In this document: positions 52,601 through 64,000 of the stretch, in pieces
Position numbering within the stretch: the first letter of the stretch is position 1
Layout of the letters: every line of letters begins with the position of its first letter
Assembly (NCBI GenBank): GCA_951406725.2
Contig: OX597819.1
Location: 82,150,001-82,214,000, forward strand
Source of the DNA: Octopus vulgaris
Taxonomy: Eukaryota
Reading direction: 5' to 3'
Length of the DNA stretch: 64,000 nt
Notes under the pieces: generated by a model
What the model saw: the letters and a program-made list of their open reading frames with translations, nothing else
Told to the model about the DNA's origin: nothing
Database searches by the model: none
Made by a program: the position numbers and the translations under genes

Positions 52601-52679
52601 GCATTCATACATACTTATATGCCTGTGTACGTATTCATGTATGTATGTATGTATGTATGTATGTATGTATGTATGTATG

Positions 52680-52741
<62 letters not shown>

Positions 52742-54059
52742 ATATATATAGAGAGTGGGGGGGGATCCTTTTCAGCTATTCACATTCTTACTCACAATTT
52801 TAGTATCAAGCTTTGACAATACCTCTCCACTTACCCTTTGTAATAAATTGAATAACTAAGTAACTACTCCAAAAGCTCTTAATATCAAAATTACTGCGGC
52901 TTAAACTTTCGTAGATTGGAAAGTTACGAATTTTTCTTGAAATAACAAATAACGCCGACATATCTATACATATACACATATACATATTCTTTCCACATGA
53001 ATGAAAAATGTTAAAACAAGGTAAAATAAGACAATTAAGGGATTAACCTAGAGCTGGTTATGAAGAGCAGGTCAAGGTTAAAGCCGTAAATATCAAAAAC
53101 GTCAGAAACTAAAATCAAAAAGGTACAGTGAATGCTCTGACTTCTATAAAAGGTCAATTTTGTTTTAGAGTTTTGATAAACAACGTGTCATCTGCTCGGG
53201 GGAAAGCTATATAGAAGTAGGCCTAATCTTCTGAATATTTTACAAAACATTGTAATATCATCTGGCTTTAAGTATCTTCAAGGGATAAATGGTTAAGATC
53301 GAATATACATTGATGTTTTCAAATAGATTAAACTCATTAATCAAACCAATAATATTTTTAAAGAAATAATAAGCATAGTTTTTAAAATATAAAATTTGAG
53401 ATTATATTTTTTTCTTTTTACTGCATAGCACTTCAGTATTTCATTTTATTATTTGATGGAGCATTTTCATATTTATTTCAAATATTTTTTCCTTTTAAAG
53501 ACTGATTGATTATTTCACAGTGACCTCTACGCTTATATATTACGTTTCAGACTAGTTCAAAAATGTTATCGAAACCGATTCAATTAAAACCGTCTTGATT
53601 TCAGTACACATAGACTGAAGAGAAAAATCGTAGGTAAAACTTATATCAATAGCTAAATATAATGTGATGCTAATCCTTAGTTAATACAACGGTGTAAGGC
53701 AATAGAGTTTGTATAAAACACATACTCCTTTGAGCGATATTCGCAAGTGGTAAAAGAAATATGCATTGTGTTCAGTAAGATATGTTTCAGCAAAACTAAA
53801 CTGAGATAAGTCACGTTCAGAGTTCAGGAATGTATACATAAAAACAATCATTCAATAAATATTGATTTATGTTACTGATTAGTAAATATCGAATAACATA
53901 TGAGTAAAATTGTATTTCGAAATGCATAGAATGTCTGAAAAATGCTGATTTCTTTTGAATAGCCGGAAATTTCCTCTGTTTTAGGGGAAAATAATAAATA
54001 AGTTGTAAAGTTCGTGTTTTATTAAGATATTAGCGAATATCAAATATTAAAAGTAAGAA

Positions 54060-54273
54060 CTGGGGCCGATCAAATCGATCCCAATACTTATTCTTTTAAG
54101 TTCAGTACTTATTTTACCGGCTCTAATTTACTGTACCGCTAAGTTACGACAAAACCCTATTGTTAATTGATGTCTCGCAAAGACAAGTTACTGCGACATA
54201 CAAACACGCAAGAAATTACACTACACATGCATACATATACATACATACATACATACATACATACATACATACA

Positions 54274-54305
<32 letters not shown>

Positions 54306-54420
54306 CATACGCATGTGTTCTTATGCGTGTATATGTGTGTATTAAATTCACTCATTAGGTGTTGGTCGGAACTCGAAACCATATAACCTCCAAGTGGACT
54401 TCTTAACCATACAACCTTGT
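54060..54420 (-). mobile_element. SINE family 1 remnant with expanded (CATA)n
   Basis: aaatcgatcccaatacttattc...accgctaagttacg and cttcttaaccatacaacc. Confidence 0.6.
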
Positions 54421-56922
54421 TTATTATGTATTTACATTGGCTTATGCTAGGCAGGCTAGATATAGGGGTAGACGACAGAGTCGTACACTGTTTAAAGTTG
54501 GAGAGGATTCTGAAGAAATAAATTTGACTAAATACACAAGATAATTCAGCCTAATCATTTTACCGTCCGTCAAGCTAATCATACCTAAACACAGTACTAC
54601 AAACTAAGGAAACAAACGTCAAAATACACAGTGTTTCTGTTTGTTAACCACATTGACCCTTTGGTTGACAATCGGACACCAGACAATTCTGTCAACAATA
54701 GCTCTCCTTAACTAGAATTGCGTGTTGGTGACTATTAAAACTATGTGGCATCTGTCAGTCAATGTGGGTATTACTGCTGGTATTATTTAACTTCAGGTTG
54801 GTTCTGATCGAGAAAGTATTTTAATAATTACCGACCGTTTTATATTTACATACAATGTATCTACATGATTCTCCCTGTTTTTTAAGCGGTCAGGTAGTTT
54901 GGCTACTATTTCTTGCAAGCCGAGTAACTGCCTAAATTCGTACTAATATGAGCAACTTCATATCTTTAAAAAAGTGGTATGTTGAAAAATACAGTCCCGA
55001 ATAAACTTTGAATAAAAATGGCACGGATACATATGTAAAGTCTTTGAACATAGGTCTGCTGGATCAGGCTAATGTATGATAAAGCAACCATAAAATAACC
55101 GGAAACTACTCCATTGTGTCCTTTTACTCTCAAGCAATTCTATCATGGAAATAGCTGAAAGCTCGGCAGATAATTTATATTGTCTTAACTTTGGCTCTAT
55201 TTGTCAAAAACAAATATTAATACTAATGTTAGGAATCAATATTCTTTTTATGTCGCCATACGCAAGTGTTAAGCTCTAAATTGCATTACTTTCTTTTCAT
55301 GAATCTTAAAATCAAATAAAATGTTTCTGTTGATTATAGGAGATGTCCAGATATCGTGAGAGCTATCGACAGTTTTTGAAATCAACAGGACTAATCACCT
55401 TTTGATTATTGCTCTTGATAGTGACGCATCATGCAAAAACACTGATATTAGATGCTTATCTCTCTCCACCTCTATCTTCCCCTCTTCTCTCTCGCTCTCT
55501 CTCTCTCTCTTTTTCTCTTCCTCTTTCCCTTCTCCATTTTTAACATCAAATTTTTACTACAGATGTAAACATTTTCTTTGGAAACTACGCGAAGGAGACA
55601 TTTTGTCATCTCATAATGTTACAAAGAATTTCTTTGGCAATGTAATAGCCACAATCTAAGCATATTTGCTCTTTATTTTTACAGTGTGAACCTGTATCTC
55701 ATTTAGTTTTAAATTACTTTCAATGTGTTTCAATTATTCCTCTCGTTGCCCAAACTATTACCACAAATACCAGCTTATTATTAATGTATTTTAACATCGT
55801 TTCCAGGAAGCAAGGTGACAAACGACAATCTGTTCCTTGTGTCCTATATATGTAATCTGTGCTCGTGCAATACTACCTCCAACTTATTCAATGTCTTTAA
55901 GGTGTCTATAACGACTGAAAAACTTTTTCCCGTATTGAAAATTACAGCTTAGTCATCAATAACACATTTTATTTGATCTTTTAAACACTTGTCTTTGTTT
56001 TGTCCTTTCGCCATTTCAGCCTTAGTTGCTTTGTACTCTTTGAAAGTTATGGCATTCATTATTTCGTCAGTTCATTACGATACTGAAAATCCTCTCAAAT
56101 TCAGAACTTGGCATTTTCAACTTCCTTTTCAAGTCATTGACAATATTTTCCTCTATTCTACATACTTCTGATTCTTTCAAATAGATTTTATTTTCCAATA
56201 ACATGCCACTAACTTATTTATCTCCTTCTATATATCAAGAATATTCGCTACACAATTTCTTTCACTTTACCTTATTATTTGCTTGTCTGTTGAACAGGAA
56301 GCTTTCAACAAACCGTGTCCACTACTCACTTTTATTAAAGCGAGAACTACTTCCATTGTCTTACATTCTTAATGCTTTTAAGTAATGCATAAATGTCACT
56401 CAGTCCCACAATTTCTCTCAACAAAATGTAAGGCTTATGTAAGAAGCAATGTTATCGACGGTGAATTTTATGTAGACAGTGGAAAATCGATATGATGGGT
56501 TAAAGTGTTCAATTCAAGACCTCACAACCTTGCTTTTAAACGTACACATCACATAAATTCCCTCCCTTCTCGACTGGTTAAGTAAGATAATATGAATTTC
56601 AGATGTTATATAATCCCTCTTTGATATGATCATCGTCTTTCAAAGAAGTTTCTTATATTTCCTTGTTTCAAATATAACTAACTTGTTTGTTGAAAACAAT
56701 TGAAATCTTTGCTTATTTGAAATGTAATCTCCGTTAAACCAAGAAATCATTGTTATTAATACCACCTTGCTGTAGTTAAATTCAGACATTTTATTTTGTA
56801 TATTATCATTAATAATTTCCTTTATTTGAATAATAATTTCTTAAAACTAACTCTCGGGATCGCTTAGTCGAGATTATTAGCTTGTAACTAATGATATAAC
56901 CAGATAAGTCTTTTCCCTCCCC

Positions 56923-56991
<69 letters not shown>

Positions 56992-57145
56992 TCTCTACTG
57001 TTGCTTTTTCCCAGAAACAGGACTTGGAATTTTCACCACACATGTTATGCTTTCAGAATTTTTTTTATCGGTTTTCCTAAATAACACAAGACTTGCTAAC
57101 GCAGACCAACACCAGACTCTTTCGTGTCGGATCATGTGTGCACAT

Positions 57146-57304
57146 GTATGTATGTATGTATGTATGTATGTATGTATGTATGTATGTATGTATGTATGTA
57201 TGTATGTATGTATGTAGGTAGGTAGGTAGGTAGGTAGGTAGGTAGGTAGGTAGGTAGGTAGGTAGGTAGGTAGGTAGGTAGGTAGGTAAGTAGGTAGGTA
57301 GGTT

Positions 57305-57382
<78 letters not shown>
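57146..57382. repeat. Compound (TATG)n-(TAGG)n-(TAGA)n microsatellite
   Basis: Directly visible. Confidence 0.97.
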
Positions 57383-57894
57383 GAATTTACAAAGCTAAAA
57401 CTTTTATAATTGATTAATGAAGACAATCATTACCTTGAAATTTTTTTCTCCCGACTAACAATGCTAACTTATTCAAGAAAATCTTCAGATTTAACTAAAG
57501 ACAAATCAATATACAGTGTGATTCCCAAATGCCTTTAACATTAATATAGACCATCTAAAAACCGAACTCCTCTTCTTCACGTTGCTATTTACTCCCCCCT
57601 CTCTCTCTCTGTCCTTTCACATCTGCCCCTTCCTCACTACATCCTTCACCCGCTTACATTCATTTCTCACTGATCCTAGTGTTTTCGTTCCCTGCCTCAT
57701 CGAAGTTATTCAGGATAACTAGTCTACTGTTCTGATGCTCATGTTGCCAGCCATTGAAACGGCTCCGTATAGTTGAACTATGCATGCCCGGGGGATTGAA
57801 TGAGATATATTGTCCCATCTATAGGACAATTAAATTTTTCTCATATTTCGGTGTCATGTTTCCCAAAATATGTGAAACTAGAAAAGCACTCGAA

Positions 57895-58405
57895 GAGCGC
57901 AGACCTCCGCCAAGCAGCTCATTTCCACCCATATACACGCATACTGAAAATCGCCCATTTTCCCAAACCAACGCCGGCAAAAGCATAACCTCCTTGGCGG
58001 GATTTTAAAAAATAACACAGCCATATGATTTTTAAAATAAAACCTTTAAAAACAGGAATCATCTGAAGCAGTTATAATACATCAATGACAACAGCGGCGG
58101 TGGAGGGAGCAAAGCCTGAGATTTTTGAGTCGATCCCAATAGTCAAGGCTTGTCATGTCATCCTCTGCAGACCTCCACCAAGCAGCTCATTTTAAGATAG
58201 ATACGCGAGTAAAATTACTAATAGAGAAACGAAAATAAACTTTGGAAACAGCAACGCCACCATAGGTTAAGTGGAAACGATGAACGTGTTTTCAGGGGAG
58301 ATAGTCAAAGAACGTAACGTAATACTTCATGTAAAGTAAATATAATAAATGAAAAATCCTTCAAGAATCCATAAAAATTCTCGGATTACTACCAAAAGTT
58401 CATCA
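57895..58405. mobile_element. Fragments of a Helentron/DINE-like non-autonomous element
   Basis: gcagacctccgccaagcagctcattt at ~57899 and ~58167 with inverted partner cataacctccttggcgg at ~57985. Confidence 0.45.
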
Positions 58406-58407
58406 TA

Positions 58408-58572
58408 GGCGCAGAAGTGTCTATGTGGTAAGTAGATTGCTTACCAACCACATGGTTCCGGGTTCAGTCCCACTGCGTGGCAACTTGGGCAGGTGTCTTC
58501 TACTATAGCCTCCGGCCGACCAAAGACTTGTGAGTTTATTTTGTAGACGGAAACTGAAAGAAGCCCATCGTA

Positions 58573-58617
<45 letters not shown>

Positions 58618-58828
58618 ATTTGTGTGTCTGTGTTTGTCCCCCCAAGATCGCTTGACAACCAATGTTGGTGTGTTTACGTCCCCGTAATTTAGCGGTTCGC
58701 AAAAGAGACCGATAGAATAAGAACTAGGCTTACATATAATAAGTCCTGGGGTTGATTTGGTCGACTAAAGACGGTGCTTCAGCATGACCGCAGTCAACTG
58801 ACTGAAACACGTAAAAGAGTAAAAGAGT
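58408..58828 (+). mobile_element. tRNA-derived SINE family 1, full length
   Basis: GGCGCAG...GGTTCCGGGTTCAGTCCC...(AAAGAGT)n; colinear with 8248-8672. Confidence 0.92.
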
Positions 58829-59099
58829 ATCTGTTCCTTGTGTCATTACCAGCTTTTTCTTCAAGTTTCATCAAATACCGTTCACACCTTTTTGAGTTAT
58901 TTTCCACAAAGACGGACAGACTGACAAACCAACGCCGGACAAACAAACGGCGGAAGTAATAATATATGCATACACACATATTTGTGTACGCATGCATAAA
59001 TATACATATATGCATACACACAGGCGGACGCAAGCAGCTCTCTCTCTCTCTCTCTCCCACACACACACACAAAAACAAACATACATGAATTATATCGCT

Positions 59100-59387
59100 G
59101 TTTTGACCACACAATCGGTCATCGGGTGTTGTTACGTTGCACTGGCCACGATGCGCTTCTTTGCATTGTTTTAGTTTCCAAACGGTACCATCAAGCTGGC
59201 TAGGTGGGCAAGCCAACATTCCATCTGAACAGGACGACTGTCTGTTGCAGAGTTACACGTTTACAGCTGAGTAGACTGAGAAACGTGAAATGAAGTGTTT
59301 TCCTCAAAAACACGGCATACAGCTGGACTGGAAATCGAAACCATGGTCTTATGATCGAAAGTGTAACATTCAAAGCACTACGCCACG

Positions 59388-59390
<3 letters not shown>
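59100..59390 (-). mobile_element. SINE (13703-type)
   Basis: aacgtgaaatgaagtgttttcctcaa...aatcgaaacc...cactacgccacgcgc. Confidence 0.7.
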
Positions 59391-59440
<50 letters not shown>

Positions 59441-60789
59441 ACACAAAGGAAATTCACGACAAAATAGTAAGGAAAGTATTAAAAACGTATAAACCTAAGT
59501 GATAAATAAACAAAATAAAACCAATTATCTTATTAAACTATTAAAGAGACTTCTGAAACACTTTAGATCTGAAAATAGGCAGTCAAAAAGACGGCTGGAG
59601 TCTTCATACTGCTCAACAACTTCAATAATCCTTTTAGGCAAATATTTTCAACTCCGGTAAACAATGAAAACAAGCAAAATACCCAGGTTATTCGATCCGA
59701 TATTGTGTTGATTAGACTTACTTGGCGAAATTGTCATAGAAATGGGAATCACGAAGAAATAAGGAATTTACATTAGTTCTGAACTAAACATTGCTATTAG
59801 TTCAAATTCTCTGATTTCCATCCAATACATCTTATGTTTGAAGTAAGAAATATTTGTGTAAGTCAATTTTAGTTCCATTTGTAGTGGCTCTAGTGACTCT
59901 TTAAAAGAAATTACAACGAAACTCAATACATGCTATTAATTCCTTTTAAATTTAAATGCTTTTGAGTAGAGTTCTGCGACACTGCTTCGATTCATTTTGC
60001 TACGATTTTCAATTACGTTGCTTCGTTCATTGAAATGGTCATAAACATATAACTCTCTTATTTTCTCTGCTCATATAAATATTGTGTTCGTGTAGGAAAT
60101 TCCTTTTACATAAAATAGAAGTAGGATTCCTCATTAAGTCAGGCCTACTCGACAAATATTGCCTTTTAGTTTTGCTTCAACCAGCATTTTTCAAACTCAT
60201 AAATTCATGGCTAATCCGTTAAAGACAACTTAAACAAATCCATAAGTCATGTCAATACGATAGCTGAGATTGTATTAAGATAGTTGAGATTGTATATTTA
60301 TCACGCCAGAACAAGCTATAAACTCCTGACGTAACGGTTTCAAATCACTTAGCTTACACCATAACTCATATTCGTAAAGACATTAATCATACCTTTGTCA
60401 TCCTTCAAAATATAGGACCTTCTTGAAAAGAAAACACTGTTATGTTAATGCGGGAGCAAAAAGGTTGTAATCGTCGGGTTCAAAGATTCTTACAAAGAAA
60501 AGAGCAATATGTCTAATAGATGTGTGTGTGTGCGTGTGCGCGCGCGCGCGTGCATGTGTGCGTGTGTGTGTTGGTTAAATTTATTAGGAAAATCTTTCAA
60601 GGTTCTCAGATTGATGGGGGAAAATTGTATTTGCATTCGGTAATAGTTGAAACTGTTACAATGAATACAGATGAAAACGTTGATGAAGATGATAACACAA
60701 TGACGATGATGAGGAGGAGGAAAAAGAGAATGACGGCGATGATGATGATGACAATGAGGATGATAGTGATTCCAAATATTTTTTTATAC

Positions 60790-61357
60790 TCTAGGCACAC
60801 GGCCCAAAATTTTAGGGCAGAGGGCCAGTCGATTAGAACGACTCCAGTACATAACTGATACTTAATTTATCGACCCCGAAAGGATAAAAAGCGAAGTCGA
60901 CCTCGGCAGAATTTGAACTCAGAACGTAAAGACAGACGAAATCTCTATTTCTTTACTACCCACAAGAGGCTAAACATAGAGGGGACAAACAAGTACAGAC
61001 AAACGGATTAAGTCGATTATATCGACCCCAGTGCGTAACTGGTACTTAATTTATCGACCCCGAAAGGATAAAAAGCGAAGTCGACCTCGGCGGAATTTGA
61101 ACTCAGAACATAAAGACAGACGAAATATCTATTTTTCTTTACTACCCACAAGAGGCTAAACATAGAGGGGACAAACAAGTACAGACAAACGGATTAAGTC
61201 GATTATATCGACCCCAGGGCGTAACTGGTACTTAATTTATTGACCCCGAAAGGATGAAAGGCAAAGTAGACCTCGCGGAATTTGAACTCAGAACGTAACG
61301 GCAAGCGAAATACTGCTACGCATTTCGCCCGGCGTGCTAACGTTTCTGCCAGCTCGT
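60790..61357 (-). mobile_element. Head-to-tail SINE family 2 trimer (~185-bp period)
   Basis: agtcgatta...taattta..gaccccgaaaggat...tttgaactcagaac occurs at 60827, 61011 and 61197. Confidence 0.92.
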
Positions 61358-61792
61358 AACCGTAGTGATTCCAAATATTAGAATGCCATAAGTCTATTTG
61401 TGCGCGATTTGAAATCAAAACCGAAGAATGCGTAACTAAATACTGTTGTTTATTTCCTTACAAAGATTTTTTTCTTTTTCTTTTTGTAATGTTTAGAGCT
61501 GCACATTTGTTAGGAAGAAATATGGAGACTGAATCGACCCTCGTACTTAACTACTAAAGGGACAAAGGAGGGAAAGAGTGAGATGGGAGAGAGAAAGCGG
61601 GAGAAAGAGAGTAGAGAGGGGGATGGAGAGGGAGAGAGTACCAACCGAATTCTGGTACAGCTTTCTTCCTCCCTCCAGTTGTTACAACCTGAATGGACCG
61701 CTGAGTCAAAGAGTGGGTGAGTCGAGTGGTTGCCGATGTAAGCTTGGGACTACATTGTCACCTAAAACAGCGAAAGCATGGTACATGTTAAC

Positions 61793-61900
61793 TAAATTAA
61801 GTACCAGTTAGGCACTGGGGTCGATATAATCGACTTAATCCGTGTGTCTGTCCTTGTTTGTCTCCTCTATGTTTGGCCCCTTGTGGGTAGTAAAGAAATA
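61793..61900 (+). mobile_element. 5'-truncated SINE family 2 with 13-bp TSD
   Basis: Flanked by GGTACATGTTAAC (61780-61792) and GGTACATGCTAAC (61901-61913). Confidence 0.88.
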
Positions 61901-61937
61901 GGTACATGCTAACAGGCCAGATCCGTACACGAGTAAC

Positions 61938-61969
<32 letters not shown>

Positions 61970-62028
61970 TCAGCAGCGGTAACAGCAGTAGTAGTAGTAA
62001 ATATTTACCATCAAACCACGTTCTGGGA

Positions 62029-63130
62029 CAATGGTTCCCAACCGATTTTTAGCCATGCCCTACCAAATCATTTCTAAAGTCCTGATGCCCCCCCCCCCCC
62101 ATGTAATATTTAATTTTTGTTATTCAAAATTTAGTTAATGTTCACAATATTACCCGGAAACAAATATTTTTTTTTAATAGTGCAACGGATGTATAAAAAC
62201 GTTTAAGAAACGAATATGAAAAAAAATGCGCGGAAAGCAACGAAGGCGGGGAGGACTTTGAAAAATTCACACGATCCGAGTTTTCTCCACATAACTTAAA
62301 AAATTTTTTTTTAATGAAATTTTATGTAAATGCCTTTTATCCAGCATAGATTACGATTATAAAGATATTTGTAGGAAAATCTTTTCCGAGGTGTGGGGAG
62401 AAGACTTCGGAAAATTCAGAAGATCCGACATTTTCGCTCATAACTTGTGACAGTTTATCGTGGATAAATCCAAATTTTAAATACTCCTCTGAATATTGAC
62501 GAACTTTTTTTTATTTGCACTACTCATTTTATGTAGTTTTGAATCGGCATAACTACAGATTTTTACGCCCCCGACTGTGGATGATCATTACTTTCAGAAA
62601 AATGAATATTTTTAATGGAATTGTCTACAAATAGGTGTTATATCAAGTAGATTCCGAATATACAAAATTTGGGGAGGGAGTATTTTAGGAAAGGTTGGGG
62701 TTGGGAATTTCAGAAAATGCACCGGGGCCCACCTCAATTCGTCTTAACATTCAAGAAAATGGATATTTTTTAATGAAATTCTCTACAAATATACCGCGGA
62801 CTATGTAGATTCAGAGGACCTTGGAATTTGGTGGGAAACCAATTGGGGACTATTTTTAAGAACTGTTCCCCACTCGCAAGTGTTTCTGAACCAGTCATCT
62901 ATATTTTCCCCCCAAATTCCTATGTTTTCGGAATCTACATAGTCCGAGGTCTGTAGTCATGCCTGTGCATCAAACACGAAGAGATTTCAGTTCAAGCAAA
63001 TTTTTTCAACAATTTCTTCAAAAATATTTCAGTATAAACTTTCCAAAAATATTCTCAAAAAGGGACAAAAAATATTCCGTGAATCATCTCAGCTCCAAAA
63101 GCGTTTGTATCAATGATGGAAGTTTTTTCT
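62029..63130. mobile_element. Composite non-autonomous DNA-element region (hAT-MITE-like start plus internally repetitive element)
   Basis: CAATGGTTCCCAACC at 62029; repeated aaaatg.atatttttt.aatg.aatt.tctacaaata at ~62600 and ~62756; 19-bp inverted repeat at ~62795 and ~62931. Confidence 0.45.
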
Positions 63131-63206
63131 TACCTTTTTGCTGAATTCACAAACTGACTGGTGGGAATAAAATGACCTGTTAATTTTCATCTCTGTTCAT
63201 ATATAT

Positions 63207-63248
<42 letters not shown>

Positions 63249-63622
63249 TACCACTACCATAAATCTCTTTCTCCCTCTCTCTCTCTTTATATATCTATCT
63301 ATCTATCTGTCTGTCTCCCTCTCTCTCCTCTCTTTTTCTCTCTCTTTCTGCCTCTTTCTCTTCCTTCACTGACTTCCACTCCATTTCAACCCATTTCACA
63401 CCGTTCAGTTCTTTTACCCCTCACCCCTAACGCCATTTATTGGCCTATCAACAAACTGCAGCACCACATTTTTCTTGTGTTCCTAGATTTTTTTATCGCC
63501 AGAGATAAAAGAGTCAATACTTTTAGACACACCCGTTCACATAGGTCTGTCTCCAGTTTATTTTTCCATGGAAATTAAGATGGTATTGCTTTCAGTACTG
63601 ACCAGTACTATACTACATACAT

Positions 63623-63677
<55 letters not shown>

Positions 63678-63914
63678 TATACACACACCACACACGCACA
63701 TGCGCGTTTGCAATTACCTACATGTTTTCACATACCACTAAATCGAAGGAAATAATCTATTCCTTCTTAGGTAACATCAGATCTTATGAATAAGATTAAA
63801 ACGACCTATTGTCTCTATAGTGTCCAAAATTTGATAAAATAGTCCACAGAAGGGACGACATTTTTTTTTAATAACTCATTCCTGAATTGTCTCCTTTCTC
63901 TATTGGTATACTAA

Positions 63915-64000
63915 ATTTCGTCTGCCGTTACGTTCTGAGTTCAAATTCCGCCGAGGTTGACTTTGCCTTTCATCCTTTCGGGGTCGATAAATTAAGTACC
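63915..64000 (+). mobile_element. SINE family 2, cut by the window end
   Basis: atttcgtctgccgttacgttctgagttcaaattccgccgaggttgactttgcctttcatcctttcggggtcgataaattaagtacc. Confidence 0.9.

Noticed and set aside
60827-61357. CRISPR-like or satellite array
   Set aside because: Units are whole SINE bodies without unique spacers, in a eukaryotic context.

Overview
AT-rich, microsatellite-saturated eukaryotic non-coding DNA. The two tRNA-headed SINE families and the repeat landscape look like an octopus (coleoid cephalopod) genome; this is inferred from recalled repeat families, not from a search. I found no host protein-coding exon, rRNA, tRNA or CRISPR array, and nearly all listed ORFs are microsatellite translations. 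The window is a mosaic of decayed elements: R4/Dong and RTE LINEs, Tc1/mariner, hAT, Helitron-type elements, fold-back MITE-like elements, many SINEs and three Penelope-like (PLE) ORF remnants. The main signal is a set of seven minimal type-I hammerhead-ribozyme motifs from five unrelated sequence families. They have palindromic stem III, some have variant cores (U3-A8 covariation, CUGUNGA), and most sit in short non-coding elements inserted in (TA)n. Two of them cap the ends of a young, near-perfect 2.38-kb palindrome (43831-46210) that lies directly beside a 1.5-unit direct-repeat element. Boundaries of decayed elements are approximate, read by eye.
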